From Eledone cirrhosa (lineage: Eukaryota), in NCBI GenBank assembly GCA_964016885.1, contig CAXHJY010000278.1, positions 1-49,978 on the forward strand: 49,978 nucleotides of DNA. The letters are read 5' to 3'. Under the pieces are notes generated by a model. That model saw only the letters and a list, made by a program, of their open reading frames with translations. It had not been told where the DNA came from and did not search any database. A program made the position numbers and the translations under genes. Positions 25,691-38,640 of the stretch are shown in pieces. Position 1 is the stretch's first letter. Each line of letters opens with the position of its first letter.

Positions 25691-26580
25691 ACAGTTAGTG
25701 GCCGAATCTGGACTTCTTTCTCACATAATAGCATAGGGCATGTCCTACTGACTATAGAACATACAAACCAGTTGACCCTACAGTTAGTGTCAGAATCTGG
25801 ACTTCAACCTGACATAATAGCATAGGGCATGTCCCACTGACTATAGAACATAGAAACCAGTTGACCCTACAGTTAGTGTCAGAATCTGAACTTCAACCTG
25901 ACATAATAGCATAGGGCATGTCCCACTGACTATAGAACATAGAAACCAGTTGACCCTACAGTTAGTGTCAGAATCTGGACTTCAACCTGACATAATAGCC
26001 TAGGGCATGTCCCACTGACTATAGAACATAGAAACCAGTTGACCCTACAGTTAGTGTCAGAATCTGGACTTCAACCTGACATAATAGCATAGGGCATGTC
26101 CCACTGACTATAGAACATACAAACCAGTTGACCCTACAGTTAGTGTCAGAATCTGGACTTCAACCTGACATAATAGCCTAGGGCATGTCCCACTGACTAT
26201 AGAACATAGAAACCAGTTGATCCTACAGTTAGTGTCAGAATCTGGACTTCAACCTGACATAATAGCCTAGGGCATGTCCTACTGACTATAGAACATACAA
26301 ACCAGTTGACCCTACAGTTAGTGTCAGAATCTGGACTTCAACCTGACATAATAGCCTAGGGCATGTCCCACTGACTATAGAACATAGAAACCAGTTGACC
26401 CTACAGTTAGTGTCAGAATCTGGACTTCAACCTGACATAATAGCATAGGGCATGTCCCACTGACTATAGAACATAGAAACCAGTTGACCCTACAGTTAGT
26501 GTCAGAATCTGAACTTCAACCTGACATAATAGCATAGGGCATGTCCCACTGACTATAGAACATACAAACCAGTTGACCTA
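25691..26580. repeat. Tandem array, 89-bp unit x 10
   Basis: cagttagtg recurs at 25692, 25781, 25870 ... 26493. The first unit is diverged. Confidence 0.95.
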
Positions 26581-26761
26581 TATCAATGCCATAAGATCTG
26601 CAAATCTCAAGAAGGTGTAAAGTGATATATAAAGTTCAAGATGTACAGGCAGTACAAGCTGTACCAAAACTAATATACAATTTATGTGGATGGTCTCATA
26701 CCAGAACTGAGCATTTGGTACACTGAAGTGGTCAAGCTTTTTATCACACATATATATATAT

Positions 26762-27146
26762 GAGGCACATGGCTTAGTGGTTAGAGCATTGGCCTTGCAA
26801 TTGAAAGGTTGTGAGTTCAATTCTCAGACCAGGTGATGTGTTGTTTCCTTGAGCAAGACACTTTATTTCACATTGCTCCAGTTTACTCAGCTGTAGAAAT
26901 TAGATGATATGGACTGGGGTCCATATCATTCCACTGCAAAGTGGTCGTGGAGGTGCCACGGCAAAAAAGCACCCACCACTCATTGTGAAGTGGACGTGGA
27001 GGTGCCACAGAAAAAAAGCACCCAGCACTCACTGTAAATGAGGTTGGTGTTAGGAAGGGCATCCAGCTGTAGAAATCAAGCCAGAATCAGTTCCCATCCC
27101 ACCCTTGCAAGCAGGGAAAAAGCGGACGTAAAATGAAATGATGATA
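26762..27146 (+). mobile_element. SINE family B (short-tail variant)
   Basis: Same head and centre as 9716. Ends cccacccttgcaagcagggaaaa-gcggacgtaaaatg. Confidence 0.85.
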
Positions 27147-27159
27147 TATATATATATAT

Positions 27160-27497
27160 GGAGGCACATGGCTTAGTGGTTAGCGCATTGGCCTTGCAAT
27201 CGAAAGGTTGTGAGTTCAATTCTCAGACCGGGTGATGTGTTGTTTCCTTGAGCAAGACACTTTATTTCACATTGTTCCAGTTTACTCAGCTGTAGAAATG
27301 AGATGATAGGGACTGGGGTCCATATCATTCCACTGCAAAGTGGTCGTGGAGGTGCCACGGCAAAAAAGCACCCAGCACTCACTGTAAATGAGGTTGGTGT
27401 TAGGAAGGGCATCCAGCTGTGAAATCAAGCCAGAATCAGTTCCCGTCCCACCCTTGCAAGCAGGGAAAGGTGGACGTAAAATGATGATGATGATGAT
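27160..27497 (+). mobile_element. SINE family B (short-tail variant)
   Basis: Adjacent second copy, separated from the first only by (TA)n. It lacks one internal module. Confidence 0.85.
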
Positions 27498-27954
27498 ATA
27501 TATGATTCAGAGGTAGTTTGTCATGGTAGTAATACTAAATGGTGTGCCATCTCCAAATCCATTCTATTCCCTGTATATGTTCACCATAATTCATTACTTA
27601 ATCTTTGCACATGATTTACACATGATGCCATCACCAAAGTCTAACGTCATGAAGTAAGCTAGCCATAGAAATACGTATTGTGATATTTGCAATATTAAGA
27701 GAATATTTGGAATCCACCTTTCTGTTGTCTTTGAACTATATATCATCATCATCATCATCATCATCATCACCGTTTTACGTCCGTTCTTCCACGCTAGCAT
27801 GGGTTATCATATATAACTAATAAATCATACATAAAACGCCAGCATCAACAGTTTTCCAAGAGATGACAACATGAAGGGACCTGTTATTTTTATCTAAAGA
27901 CATTTTTCCAATTCCACCCCGCCCGTTCCTTCAATCTATCTAATTTCTCATTCT

Positions 27955-27992
27955 TTCTTCTGATGAAGGAGTAGTATCTGAAACGTTAATAA
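27955..27992 (+). ncRNA. Possible degenerate minimal hammerhead motif
   Basis: CTGATGA-A-gga...tct-GAAACGTT with palindromic AACGTT. Stem I is weak (ttctt/aataa, one mismatch). Confidence 0.35.
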
Positions 27993-28210
27993 CCTCTTCC
28001 TGCTATTTCAAGTGTTAACCTAATATATTCCTTCCATATATTCCTAATATATTCCTTCCATATACCGATTGTGTTGTTATTTCTGTTTATATATATATGT
28101 ATATATATATATATATATTTATTTATTAAAAACGGGGTTTCTGAAACTAATTTATCCTTATCGAGCCCTCTTTGTATTTTAGTCTTCACATTTATTATTA
28201 CTGAGAGTTA

Positions 28211-29028
28211 ACATGTTCGATATGTAGGAAAGGAACTGGCATAAATTCCATAAAATGTACGCAATGCAGATCTTGGGTACACAAGAGGTGTAGTGGGATA
28301 GTAGGCAAACTAACAGGTAGGGAAAACTATGTATGCAGTAGATGTACAGGGAAAGTTGGCAGTAGTAATAGATGTGATACTCATTTTTCCAATGCAGGTG
28401 GGTTCTATAGAAATGGTTGATAGCTTCCGGTACCTAGGTGATCAGATTAGCATGGGAGGGGGGAGTTCCGAGGCCATAGTATCTAGAATAAGGACGGTTT
28501 GGAGGAAGTTTAGGGAGCTGCTTCCTCTGTTGACAAAGAAGAGGGTTTCTCCCTGCACACGAAAGGACGGTTATATGATGCTTGTGTGAGATGCGCGATG
28601 CTGCATGGTATTGAGACATGGGCAGCAACTACAGAAGATATGCGATGGCTGGAGAGAAATGAAGCAAGTATGCTCCGATGAATGTGCAATGTCAATGTGC
28701 GTGAACGACCAAGTATAGACAAGTTGAGAAAGAAACTGGGTATAAGAGGGATAGGTTGTGGTGTGCAGGAGAGAAGGCTGATATGGTATGGACATGTGAT
28801 GCGCATGGAGGATGACCGATGGGTGAAGAAGTGCCAGGAAATACCAGTGGAGGGAAGACGCAGTAGAGGTAGACTATGAAAAACATGGGTGGAGATGGTG
28901 AGAGCAGACCTCAGATCACTGAAACTCACGGAGGAGATGATGAAGGACCGTGATGGGTGGAGAGATGCTGTGCTGAATAGGACCCGTCCCACCCTTGCAA
29001 GCAGGGAAAAGCAGACGTAAAATGATGA
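28211..29028 (+). mobile_element. 5'-truncated, degenerate RTE LINE
   Basis: VDSFRYLGDQI, WRKFRELLPLL, QERRLIWYGHVMRM, RRSRGR. Contains frameshifts and stops. Tail cccacccttgcaagcagggaaaagcagacgtaaaatgatgat. Confidence 0.88.
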
Positions 29029-29179
29029 TATATAAATATATATATATATATGTAGAAGTTATATTTAATTTCTTGGACTTCCGACAAATATTTATAACTG
29101 ATATAGAGCACTCAACAAATAACTGAAGTAAATATTCCAAGATATTAATAAATGGAAACTATATTTATAAAACCATATT

Positions 29180-29252
29180 TATTTTATTATATATATTATA
29201 TATATTTCAAGGGTGACCAAACCATCTTGGTGCGCTTTCATCAGATAAAATA
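29180..29252 (-). ncRNA. Type I hammerhead ribozyme motif
   Basis: Minus strand reads tattttat-CTGATGA-aagcgcaccaagatggtttggtcaccctt-GAAA-tatatataatatatata-ataaaata. Confidence 0.72.
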
Positions 29253-29274
29253 CAAGATTTGTTTTATAAATAAT

Positions 29275-29452
29275 TGTTTCTACTTTAGGCACAAGGCCAG
29301 CAATTACCCAGTACATTACTGGTACTTTATTTTATCGACCCCGTAAGGATGAAAGGCAAAGTTAACCTCGGCGGAATTTGAACTCAGATCATAAAGGGAC
29401 GTAACTATGCTAGAAAGCATTGCGTCCAACCCTCTACCGATACTGCCAAGCA
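29275..29452 (-). mobile_element. SINE family A with 18-bp TSD
   Basis: atttgttttataaataat at 29257-29274 and 29461-29478. Confidence 0.88.
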
Positions 29453-29490
29453 ACAACCCTATTTGTTTTATAAATAATGAGATACCCATG

Positions 29491-29554
29491 TATTTTATCT
29501 GATGAAAGCGCACCAAGATGGTTTGGTCGCTCTTGAAATATATATAATAAAATA
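29491..29554 (+). ncRNA. Type I hammerhead ribozyme motif
   Basis: tattttat-CTGATGA(29499-29505)-aagcgcaccaa...ttggtcgctctt-GAAA(29535-29538)-tatata-TA-ataaaata. Predicted cleavage after 29546. Confidence 0.78.
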
Positions 29555-29991
29555 AATATGGTTCTATAAATATACTTTCCATTTATTAATATCTTGGTAT
29601 ATATATATATATATATATATATATTACTTAAAATCCATAGTAAATAAGCATATATTTTCGTTTGTACTCTGAGTTTCCTAATGGTAGCCAATTAATTGTA
29701 GCAGATTAATCTCAAATGCATCACCAAACTTCAGTCTTTATAAAAGGAAACACACACACACTAACACACAGACACATATATATGTATATCTATAAATATA
29801 TATGTATATACACACACTTGTTTGTGTATGAGTGTATATTGATACATTTCAATCTTTTTAGTTTACACTCTTGTAATACATATAGGAATCTACATTTATA
29901 GATATTCTTCCTTATTTTGATATTCTTTGTAGTTATTATTTTTCATAATTTCCAATCTAATTTCAGCCACTTAGCTGGCTGCAAATGCATA

Positions 29992-30040
<49 letters not shown>

Positions 30041-30044
<4 letters not shown>

Positions 30045-30665
30045 TCATCATCATCATCATCATCGTTTAACGTCCATGTTCCACGCTTGCATGGGTTTGG
30101 ACGGGAGTTTTCCCACTTGAGGCAAGAGTGGTTATCATTGCTCGCATAGGACTGTCTGGCGGGTTTTCTACAGCTGGATGCCCTTCCTAACACCAACCAC
30201 ATTTACAGTGTGGGGCTGGGAGGTTTTTACCGTGTTGCCTACACGGCCACATTACAGCGTGGACTGTGTGTTTTTTGTCGTGACACCTACACAATCTCAT
30301 TTGTTTCGGCCTGGATGTTGTGGCACCAACATAACTTTACATTGAAAGGGGCGGTGTGGGTGGGGTAGAGGTGGTGGGACGGGGGTGTGTTTTGATAGAG
30401 ATGCCTACTGACTGTAGTAGGTTTTACTTTGTATTTAGGTAAGGCGGGTCTTCTCTATTACTGAGTACCGCCAAAGGTCTCAGTCCAGTGACATTGTCTT
30501 GGAGAGGTGTAAGTGTGTGAGGTCGGAATTTATCAGCTCGTCCCAGGTTTTTCTGGGTCTGCCTACTCCGTGGCTACCGTCTATCTTTATTGCCCTGCAC
30601 TTTGTTATACAGCTGTCGTCTTTCATGCGCATCACGTGACCATACCAACGTAGCCTTCTCTCGAG
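30041..30665 (-). mobile_element. 3' fragment of an RTE LINE with a SINE-like tail
   Basis: ERRLRWYGHVMRMKDD...GRPRKTWDELI, followed by a diverged aggaagggcatccagctgtagaa...(GAT)n tail. Confidence 0.85.
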
Positions 30666-30741
30666 TAAACAACATATATATATATATATAATATATATGT
30701 GAACAATAATTTTGATTCTAGCATTTTTATGATTATAGTAA

Positions 30742-30805
30742 GTATATATATACATATATATGCATATATATATTTATATGTATATATATATATGCATATA
30801 TATAT

Positions 30806-30837
<32 letters not shown>

Positions 30838-30842
30838 TTATG

Positions 30843-30880
<38 letters not shown>

Positions 30881-30916
30881 TATATATATGTATATATATA
30901 TATATATATATGTATG

Positions 30917-30971
<55 letters not shown>

Positions 30972-30986
30972 GTATATATATATATG

Positions 30987-31021
<35 letters not shown>

Positions 31022-31022
31022 G

Positions 31023-31057
<35 letters not shown>

Positions 31058-31064
31058 GTATATG

Positions 31065-31129
<65 letters not shown>

Positions 31130-31221
31130 GTATATATATATGTATATATGTATATGTATATGTATGTATATATGTATATATGTATATATATATATATATG
31201 TATATATATATGTATATGTAT

Positions 31222-31267
<46 letters not shown>

Positions 31268-31633
31268 ATATATATGTATATATGTATATATATATGTATA
31301 TATGTATATATGTATATATGTATATGTATATATGTATATGTATGTATATGTATATGTATGTATATGTATATGTATGAATATGTATATATGTATATGTATA
31401 TGTATGTATATATGTATATGTATGTATATATGTATATATATATATGTATATGTATATGTATATATATATATGTATATGTATATATATATATGTATATGTA
31501 TATATATATGTATATATATATGTATATATATATATGTATATATGTATATATATATGTATATATATATATATATGTGTATATATATATATATATGTATATA
31601 TATATGTATATATATATATATATATATATGTAT
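30742..31633. repeat. Long (TA)n/(TATG)n microsatellite
   Basis: Direct reading. Confidence 0.95.
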
Positions 31634-33636
31634 ATCATCATCATCATCATCGCCGTTTTACGTCCGTTCTTCCATGGGTTAGATGGGTTGTCCTGTTGTG
31701 GGCAGTGTCTGGTCGGCTGACCATGCCTTGCTCATACAGGAACTGATCTGGCTTGATTTCTACAGCTGGATGCCCTTCCTAACACCAACCTCATTTACAG
31801 TGAGTGCTGGGTGCTTTTTCGTGGCGCCTACACGTCCACTTTACAGTGTGGGCTGGGTGCTTTTTTGCCGTGGCACCTCCACGACCACCTTGCGGTGGGG
31901 GGGCATATTGTTTTTATGCTTCAGCATGTACCCATGGGAGGTCGGGTACTCTGTATTACTGCGTGACGCCAGAAGTCACGGTCGTGTGTCATTGTCTTTG
32001 AGAGGTATAGTTGGGTAAGGTCGGCTTTTATCACCTCATCCCAGGTCATCTTGGGTCTCCCCACTCCGCGGTTTCCATCAACTTCTAGTGCTCTGCACCT
32101 TTTTATGCAGCTGTCATCCTTCATACGCATCACATGTCCATACCAGCGCAACCGCCTCTCCTGCACACAGCATTTGATTCCTCTTATGCTCAGTCTCTCT
32201 CTCAATTCATTTATGCTTTGTCGTTCACGTATATTACTGTTACACATCCATCGGAGCATGCAGGCTTCGTTTCTCTCTAATCTACGTAAGTCTACCACCT
32301 TCAGCGTCCAGGTCTCACTACCATGCAACATCGCTGTTCGGATACACGCATCATACAGTCTGCCTTTCATTCTGAGGGAGAAGCCTTTTGCAGCTAGCAG
32401 TGGTAGTAGTTCCCTAAACTTCTTCCATCCCGTTCTTACCCTAGTTATTGTACTTTCTGAACACCCACCTCCGTTGCTAATTCGGTCACCTAGGTAGCAG
32501 AAGCTGTCTACTGTTTCTACAGGGCCCTCCCAGAGATTGGTGGTACTTGTTTCCTGTGGCTGTTTGCTGCTTGCTGTTTCAGCACAGCTGCTGCATGTGA
32601 ATCCTACATTCTTAATTAAGCTTCCTCTCTTGTGTACCCATTGTTTGCATTTGGGGCAGAGAATGGAGTTCCTACCTACACCTTTTCTACATACTGAGCA
32701 AGGCCATTTCCCTGAGGGGATCTGGGTTCTGTTTTCTCGTCTACTTACAAGGACCTTAGTCTTTGTCATGTTGACTTTGAGACCCTTTCTTTCTAGTCCC
32801 TGCTTCCAGGTTTGGAATTTATTCTCTAGTTCTACCATAGATTCAGCTATGAGTGCAAGGTCATCAGCATACAGGAGTTCCCATGGGCATCCGGTCTTAA
32901 ACTCCTCCGTTATTGCCTGCAGGACTATGATGAACAGGAGAGGGCTAAGAACAGAGCCCTGGTGGACCCCAACCTGTACGCTAAATTCTTCGCTATACTC
33001 ATTGCTAATCCTAACTTTGCTGACTGCTCCTCTATACATGGCTTGTACCGCTTTCACAAGCCATTCATCTACTCCTAGTTTTCTAAGAGCCCACCAGATT
33101 ACTGCACGTGGAACTCTGTCAAAGGCTTTCTCAAGGTCGACAAATGCCAAGTAGAGTGGATTATTTTAGCTAGGTACTTTTCCTGTAATTGCCTCACAAG
33201 GAAGAGGGCATCAGTGGTGCCTCTTCCTGGTACAAACCCAAATTGCATCTCGTCTATTTTCACCCGGTCCCTAATCAGCTGTGCTATAACTCTTTCTGTT
33301 ACTTTCATGACCTGGTCCATCAACTTTATACCTCTATAGTTTCCTCTATCTAGTGCATCGCCTTTAACTTTGTAGCAGTTGACAATGATGCTACTGCACC
33401 AATCTTTTGGTATGGCCCCTTCTAGTATTACCTGGTTAACGATACGTGTGGTTATAGTGTGACCTACAGACCCAGATGCCTTCAGCATCTCGGCAGCTAT
33501 CCCCGATGGACTGGTTGCCTTCCCCATCTTCATATCTCTGATTGCCTTACTTACTACGCTGCCGCTGACTTGTACTGCTGGTTCCTCTATAGGGTCTACT
33601 TGGGGTAGGGTCTCTTCTTCCCATGCATTCTCCTCA
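31634..33636 (-). mobile_element. 5'-truncated RTE LINE (second lineage)
   Basis: RT coding 33636-31921, followed by a ~290-bp 3' region ending in (GAT)n. (TA)n on both flanks. Confidence 0.92.
31921..33636 (-). pseudogene. RTE reverse transcriptase with a PHD-like Cys/His insert, frameshift near 33160
   Basis: NYRGIKL, QFGFVPGRGTTDA, AFVDLEKAFDRV, GVHQGSVLSPLLF, LLYADD, FCYLG. Insert CSVC...CPKC-x4-H...CSSC. Confidence 0.9.
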
Positions 33637-33672
33637 TATATATGTATATGTATATATATATATGTATATATG

Positions 33673-33705
<33 letters not shown>

Positions 33706-33709
33706 GTAT

Positions 33710-34275
33710 AAACGCCTTCCAACACACAACAATACACGTAAAACATCAGCTATAACATCACAAAACAACAAAAAACATCCCGTCCTGCCTAAGCAACCTC
33801 ATCAACCCATCCATGACAATACAACAACGCAAAATTATAACTGTAACTGTGTCCAACCAAGAATGTGTCCGTTGAACAATCAGTGTCTTGAACACAACAT
33901 AATATACAAATGTACTATCGAATTGGATAGCCAGAAGTGGTACTATGTGGGGTCTACAGCCACCTCCTTCAAATCTCGCCTTTATAGACATCGTTACTCG
34001 ATAAAACATGAAAACCAGCGTTATGTAACAACACTCGAAGACAAGGCTTGGCAGCTGTGTGAAAATAACCAACAATTTAACCTAAAATGGGAAATAATAG
34101 CGTTTGCCCATCCATATAATCCCACGGACAAGAATTTTGTAAATTGTGTAATATCGAATTATTTTGTATTATGAAATCCAAAAATATTTTATTAAATAAC
34201 AGAATAGAGCGATCGTTATACTGTAACCATCGCTTAAAATCTACATTTTCATATTACAAACGCTACCAGGATTGA
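33710..34275 (+). pseudogene. Penelope-like element GIY-YIG endonuclease remnant (Naiad-like)
   Basis: CNCVQPRMCPLNNQCL (CxCx5C), NIIYKC...YYVGST..FKSR...H. After a frameshift near 34135 it continues CKLCNIE...LLNNRIE...CNHR to TGA at 34273-34275. Confidence 0.8.
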
Positions 34276-34919
34276 ACGCCTGTCTCCATCTCCGTTTGAT
34301 TGTCAAAATACATATTAACATTCTCTATTAGTCTTAATTCTATCAACTCTTCTATTCTTTACCATTTAATATAAACTGCTATAGATAAAATGAGATTTCT
34401 TAATTCAATTCCCTAATGCATATACCAGCAGGCTACCAGCATTGTTGTTATTCAGTAGCAGTGAAAATCTCCCTCTTCCTTAATTGACACTTTATAATTA
34501 ATACTACTACACCAAACGACCAGCCCTGTCCATTGTTCAATTGGTCAAGTATAGATTAAAATAGGCACTTCCAAAAATTCTTATTTAGATAAAATAAACC
34601 ATATACTCATTGTATTCTCATTAGAAACCCTTTATATACTTGTTTACCAGTAAATTGAATTGCCATCTGTCATATACTATCCCCTCTCTTCTTCCTTTAT
34701 TACAACTAATATAAATACTTCAATTTTTCTGATTTTTTCCAATTTATCCAATATCACTGGAAGTGGCAACTGATTATACATTTGCTATCGAATACTTGCT
34801 AACATTATATGATTACGCAAGCAGCGATACATAGGTATTCCGTCTGTTACAGAAACATATGTCAATACCTAATAAATTCCTTTTTCAAAAAAAGCACTTT
34901 CATTTTATATTCATCTTTT

Positions 34920-36201
<1,282 letters not shown>

Positions 36202-36426
36202 GTGCATGTGTGTGGGTGAGTGTTTCTGAATGAGTCTCTATGTATGTCTATATGTGTGTGTGTATATATGTGTATGTCTATGTTTGTATTTCTCAATGCT
36301 TCAGTATTGCTGCCATTGTCAGGAATAATGAGAGTTATATCAATAAAATAATAATATACTTCCGATAATTTGAGAAATATATTTTTGAAAAGGAGTATTT
36401 ATTGAAATATAGATTGTATTGTATGT

Positions 36427-36895
36427 GAGGGGTAGGAGGGTGGTAAGAGGGTAGGACTGAGGGGTAGAAGAGGTAAGAGGGGAGGACTGAGGGGGGGACT
36501 GGAGGGGGGGGGGGGAGAAAGAAAGAGAGAGAGAGAGAGAGAATGAAAGAAAGTGAAGAAAAGAGAGAAAGAAGGAATGAGGAATGAAAGTGAAGAAAAG
36601 AGAAAGAAGGAATGTGGCAACGAAGGAAATTGAGAGAAGGACAGAAAGAGTGAAGAAAAGAGAGAAAGAAGGAATTTGGCAAAGAAAGAGAGAGAGAGAG
36701 AGAGAAGGAAAGAAAGAGTGAAGAAAAGAGAGAAAGAAGGAATGTGGCAAAGAAAGAAAGAGAGAGAGAAGGAAAGAAAGAGTGAAGAAAAGAGAGAAAG
36801 AAGAAATGAAGCAATGAAAGAAAGAAGGAATGAGAAATAACGAACTAAAGAGAGAAAAGGGAAAAGAAGGAAAGAAAGAGAGAAGGAAATGATAA
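36427..36895. repeat. GA-rich polypurine tract with repeated aaagagtgaagaaaagagagaaagaaggaatg
   Basis: Direct reading, about 5 imperfect copies. Confidence 0.85.
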
Positions 36896-36976
36896 ATGAA
36901 ATATTTGAGCCAGAATGTTGAATATTTAAATTGGTCTTTTTTTTAAGTTAATCATTCCTTTGTTGGCATGTATACA

Positions 36977-36978
<2 letters not shown>

Positions 36979-37039
<61 letters not shown>

Positions 37040-37070
37040 CTTATACTTATTTTATACTTATTTTGTAATT

Positions 37071-37112
<42 letters not shown>

Positions 37113-37320
37113 CTTCATATACACATATATAAATACATGTGTATATATATACATGCATACATTGATACGCATACATATATGTACACATATACATAAACAT
37201 ATAAAAACATATCTATACATAAACACATACACACAAAAATATACATACATATGTGCGTACATACATATATACATACATAAATGCATGCACACATGCACAC
37301 ATATATACATACAGACATTT
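36979..37320. repeat. (TA)n/(CA)n microsatellite complex
   Basis: Direct reading. Confidence 0.9.
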
Positions 37321-37714
37321 GTGTTCACATTTTTTTAATGCAAAATAAGAATACATTCATAAATATACTTCAGTATTTTGCTACACAATATTTACAATGT
37401 ATTATATTTTCTTGAATGTGAGGGGACAGAGCCCATAACCATTGAAAGCTCTCGTTTCCTATATTGAGTATAAGGTTAAAAGTGTATATCTTGTTGGTTG
37501 TAGTTTTCAATCTTCCATCTTCCTTGTTCTTACTCTGGCTTACCTTTCAGGTAACCTGACCTACTGCTAATCAGATCTTCTACATGACAAAAGCTATCAA
37601 CTACATCTTAGAAACTTTCTAAGTATTTGAAGGAATTTATTACATATCAGGCTATTACTGCTAACTCCTCATTTTTTCTCTTTCAACTGCAATAGTAAAA
37701 TGGCACGCTCCTTC

Positions 37715-37908
37715 CTCTAAACCAGCTGTATCCGACCAGAATTCTCTCACCTCTTTCTGTTCAAGCCAGCCATAATCAGCTGCTTATACTGATGTTAAGG
37801 TATTGTTCTCAAAATAAATAACATCAAAATCCCATAGATTTGATATTATGTGAGGTAAAGTGTTTACTGTGAAAATACATATAGGGAAATGGAAATGTTA
37901 AAGAGTTA
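37715..37908. mobile_element. Diverged piggyBac-like MITE copy
   Basis: Colinear with 22080-22292. Ends aaatgttaaagagTTAA. Confidence 0.55.
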
Positions 37909-38293
37909 ATCATTGTGGCTTTCATAATCAGTTGTGTGGTTTATGGTCAGGATTCTGCATGCTACTGGTACCATGTAACCCAGTACAACCTGCTTTATGG
38001 TGGAGTGGTCAGTGACTAAACTGGCTTCCCCGCCAGACCCTGGTCTGATGAGGACAGTACATGGAACCCCAGTAACACAAAAAAAACAAGAGTTGTTAAA
38101 AGGATGGATGAACATTTCAGAGTGAATGGCCATCTACCCCAGGGTGACTAACCAACTCCTCCACCAGACCTGGTCTGTTGAGGAGGGTATATGGAACTAA
38201 AGTAGCACAAAAGACAAAAGCTGTTAAGGCCAGATGTTGATCTGCTCCTGATCCCAGGTCATGATGGTACATCAACATTTCAAATAGTTACAC

Positions 38294-38640
38294 TACTCTG
38301 TGTCTAAGACCACAACTAAATGACCATCCACCCCAACTAAGGGTTAAGTAGCCTTACAAACCTACCCTCTGTCTAAGACCACAACTAAATGACCATCAAC
38401 CCCCAACTATGGGTTAAGTAACCTCACAAACCTGCCCTGTGTCTAAGACCACAACTAAATGACCATCCACCCCAAATATGGGTTAAGTAGCCTCACAAAC
38501 CTGCCCTGTGTCTAAGACCACAACTAAATGACCATCCACCCCAAATATGGGTTAAGTAGCCTCACAAACCTGCCCTCTGTCTAAGACCACAACTAAATGA
38601 CCATCCACCCCAAATATGGGTTAAATAGCCTCACTAACTC
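38294..38640. repeat. Tandem array, 69-bp unit x 5
   Basis: tctaagacc at 38303, 38372, 38442, 38511 and 38580. A further copy with downstream flank lies at 38880-39015. Confidence 0.9.

Noticed and set aside
8151-26580. Regular arrays (138, 45, 48, 89 bp) as CRISPR-like loci
   Set aside because: The units repeat end to end with no unique spacers, there are no cas genes, and the context is eukaryotic.
34765-34850. Possible degenerate hammerhead or SECIS downstream of the GIY-YIG remnant
   Set aside because: The core would need several substitutions (CTGATTA, GAAT), and the helix is too short for a SECIS.
38045-38075. CTGATGAG motif
   Set aside because: No closing stem II with GAAA. The same applies to CTGATGA hits near 21496, 22621, 25432 and 40802.
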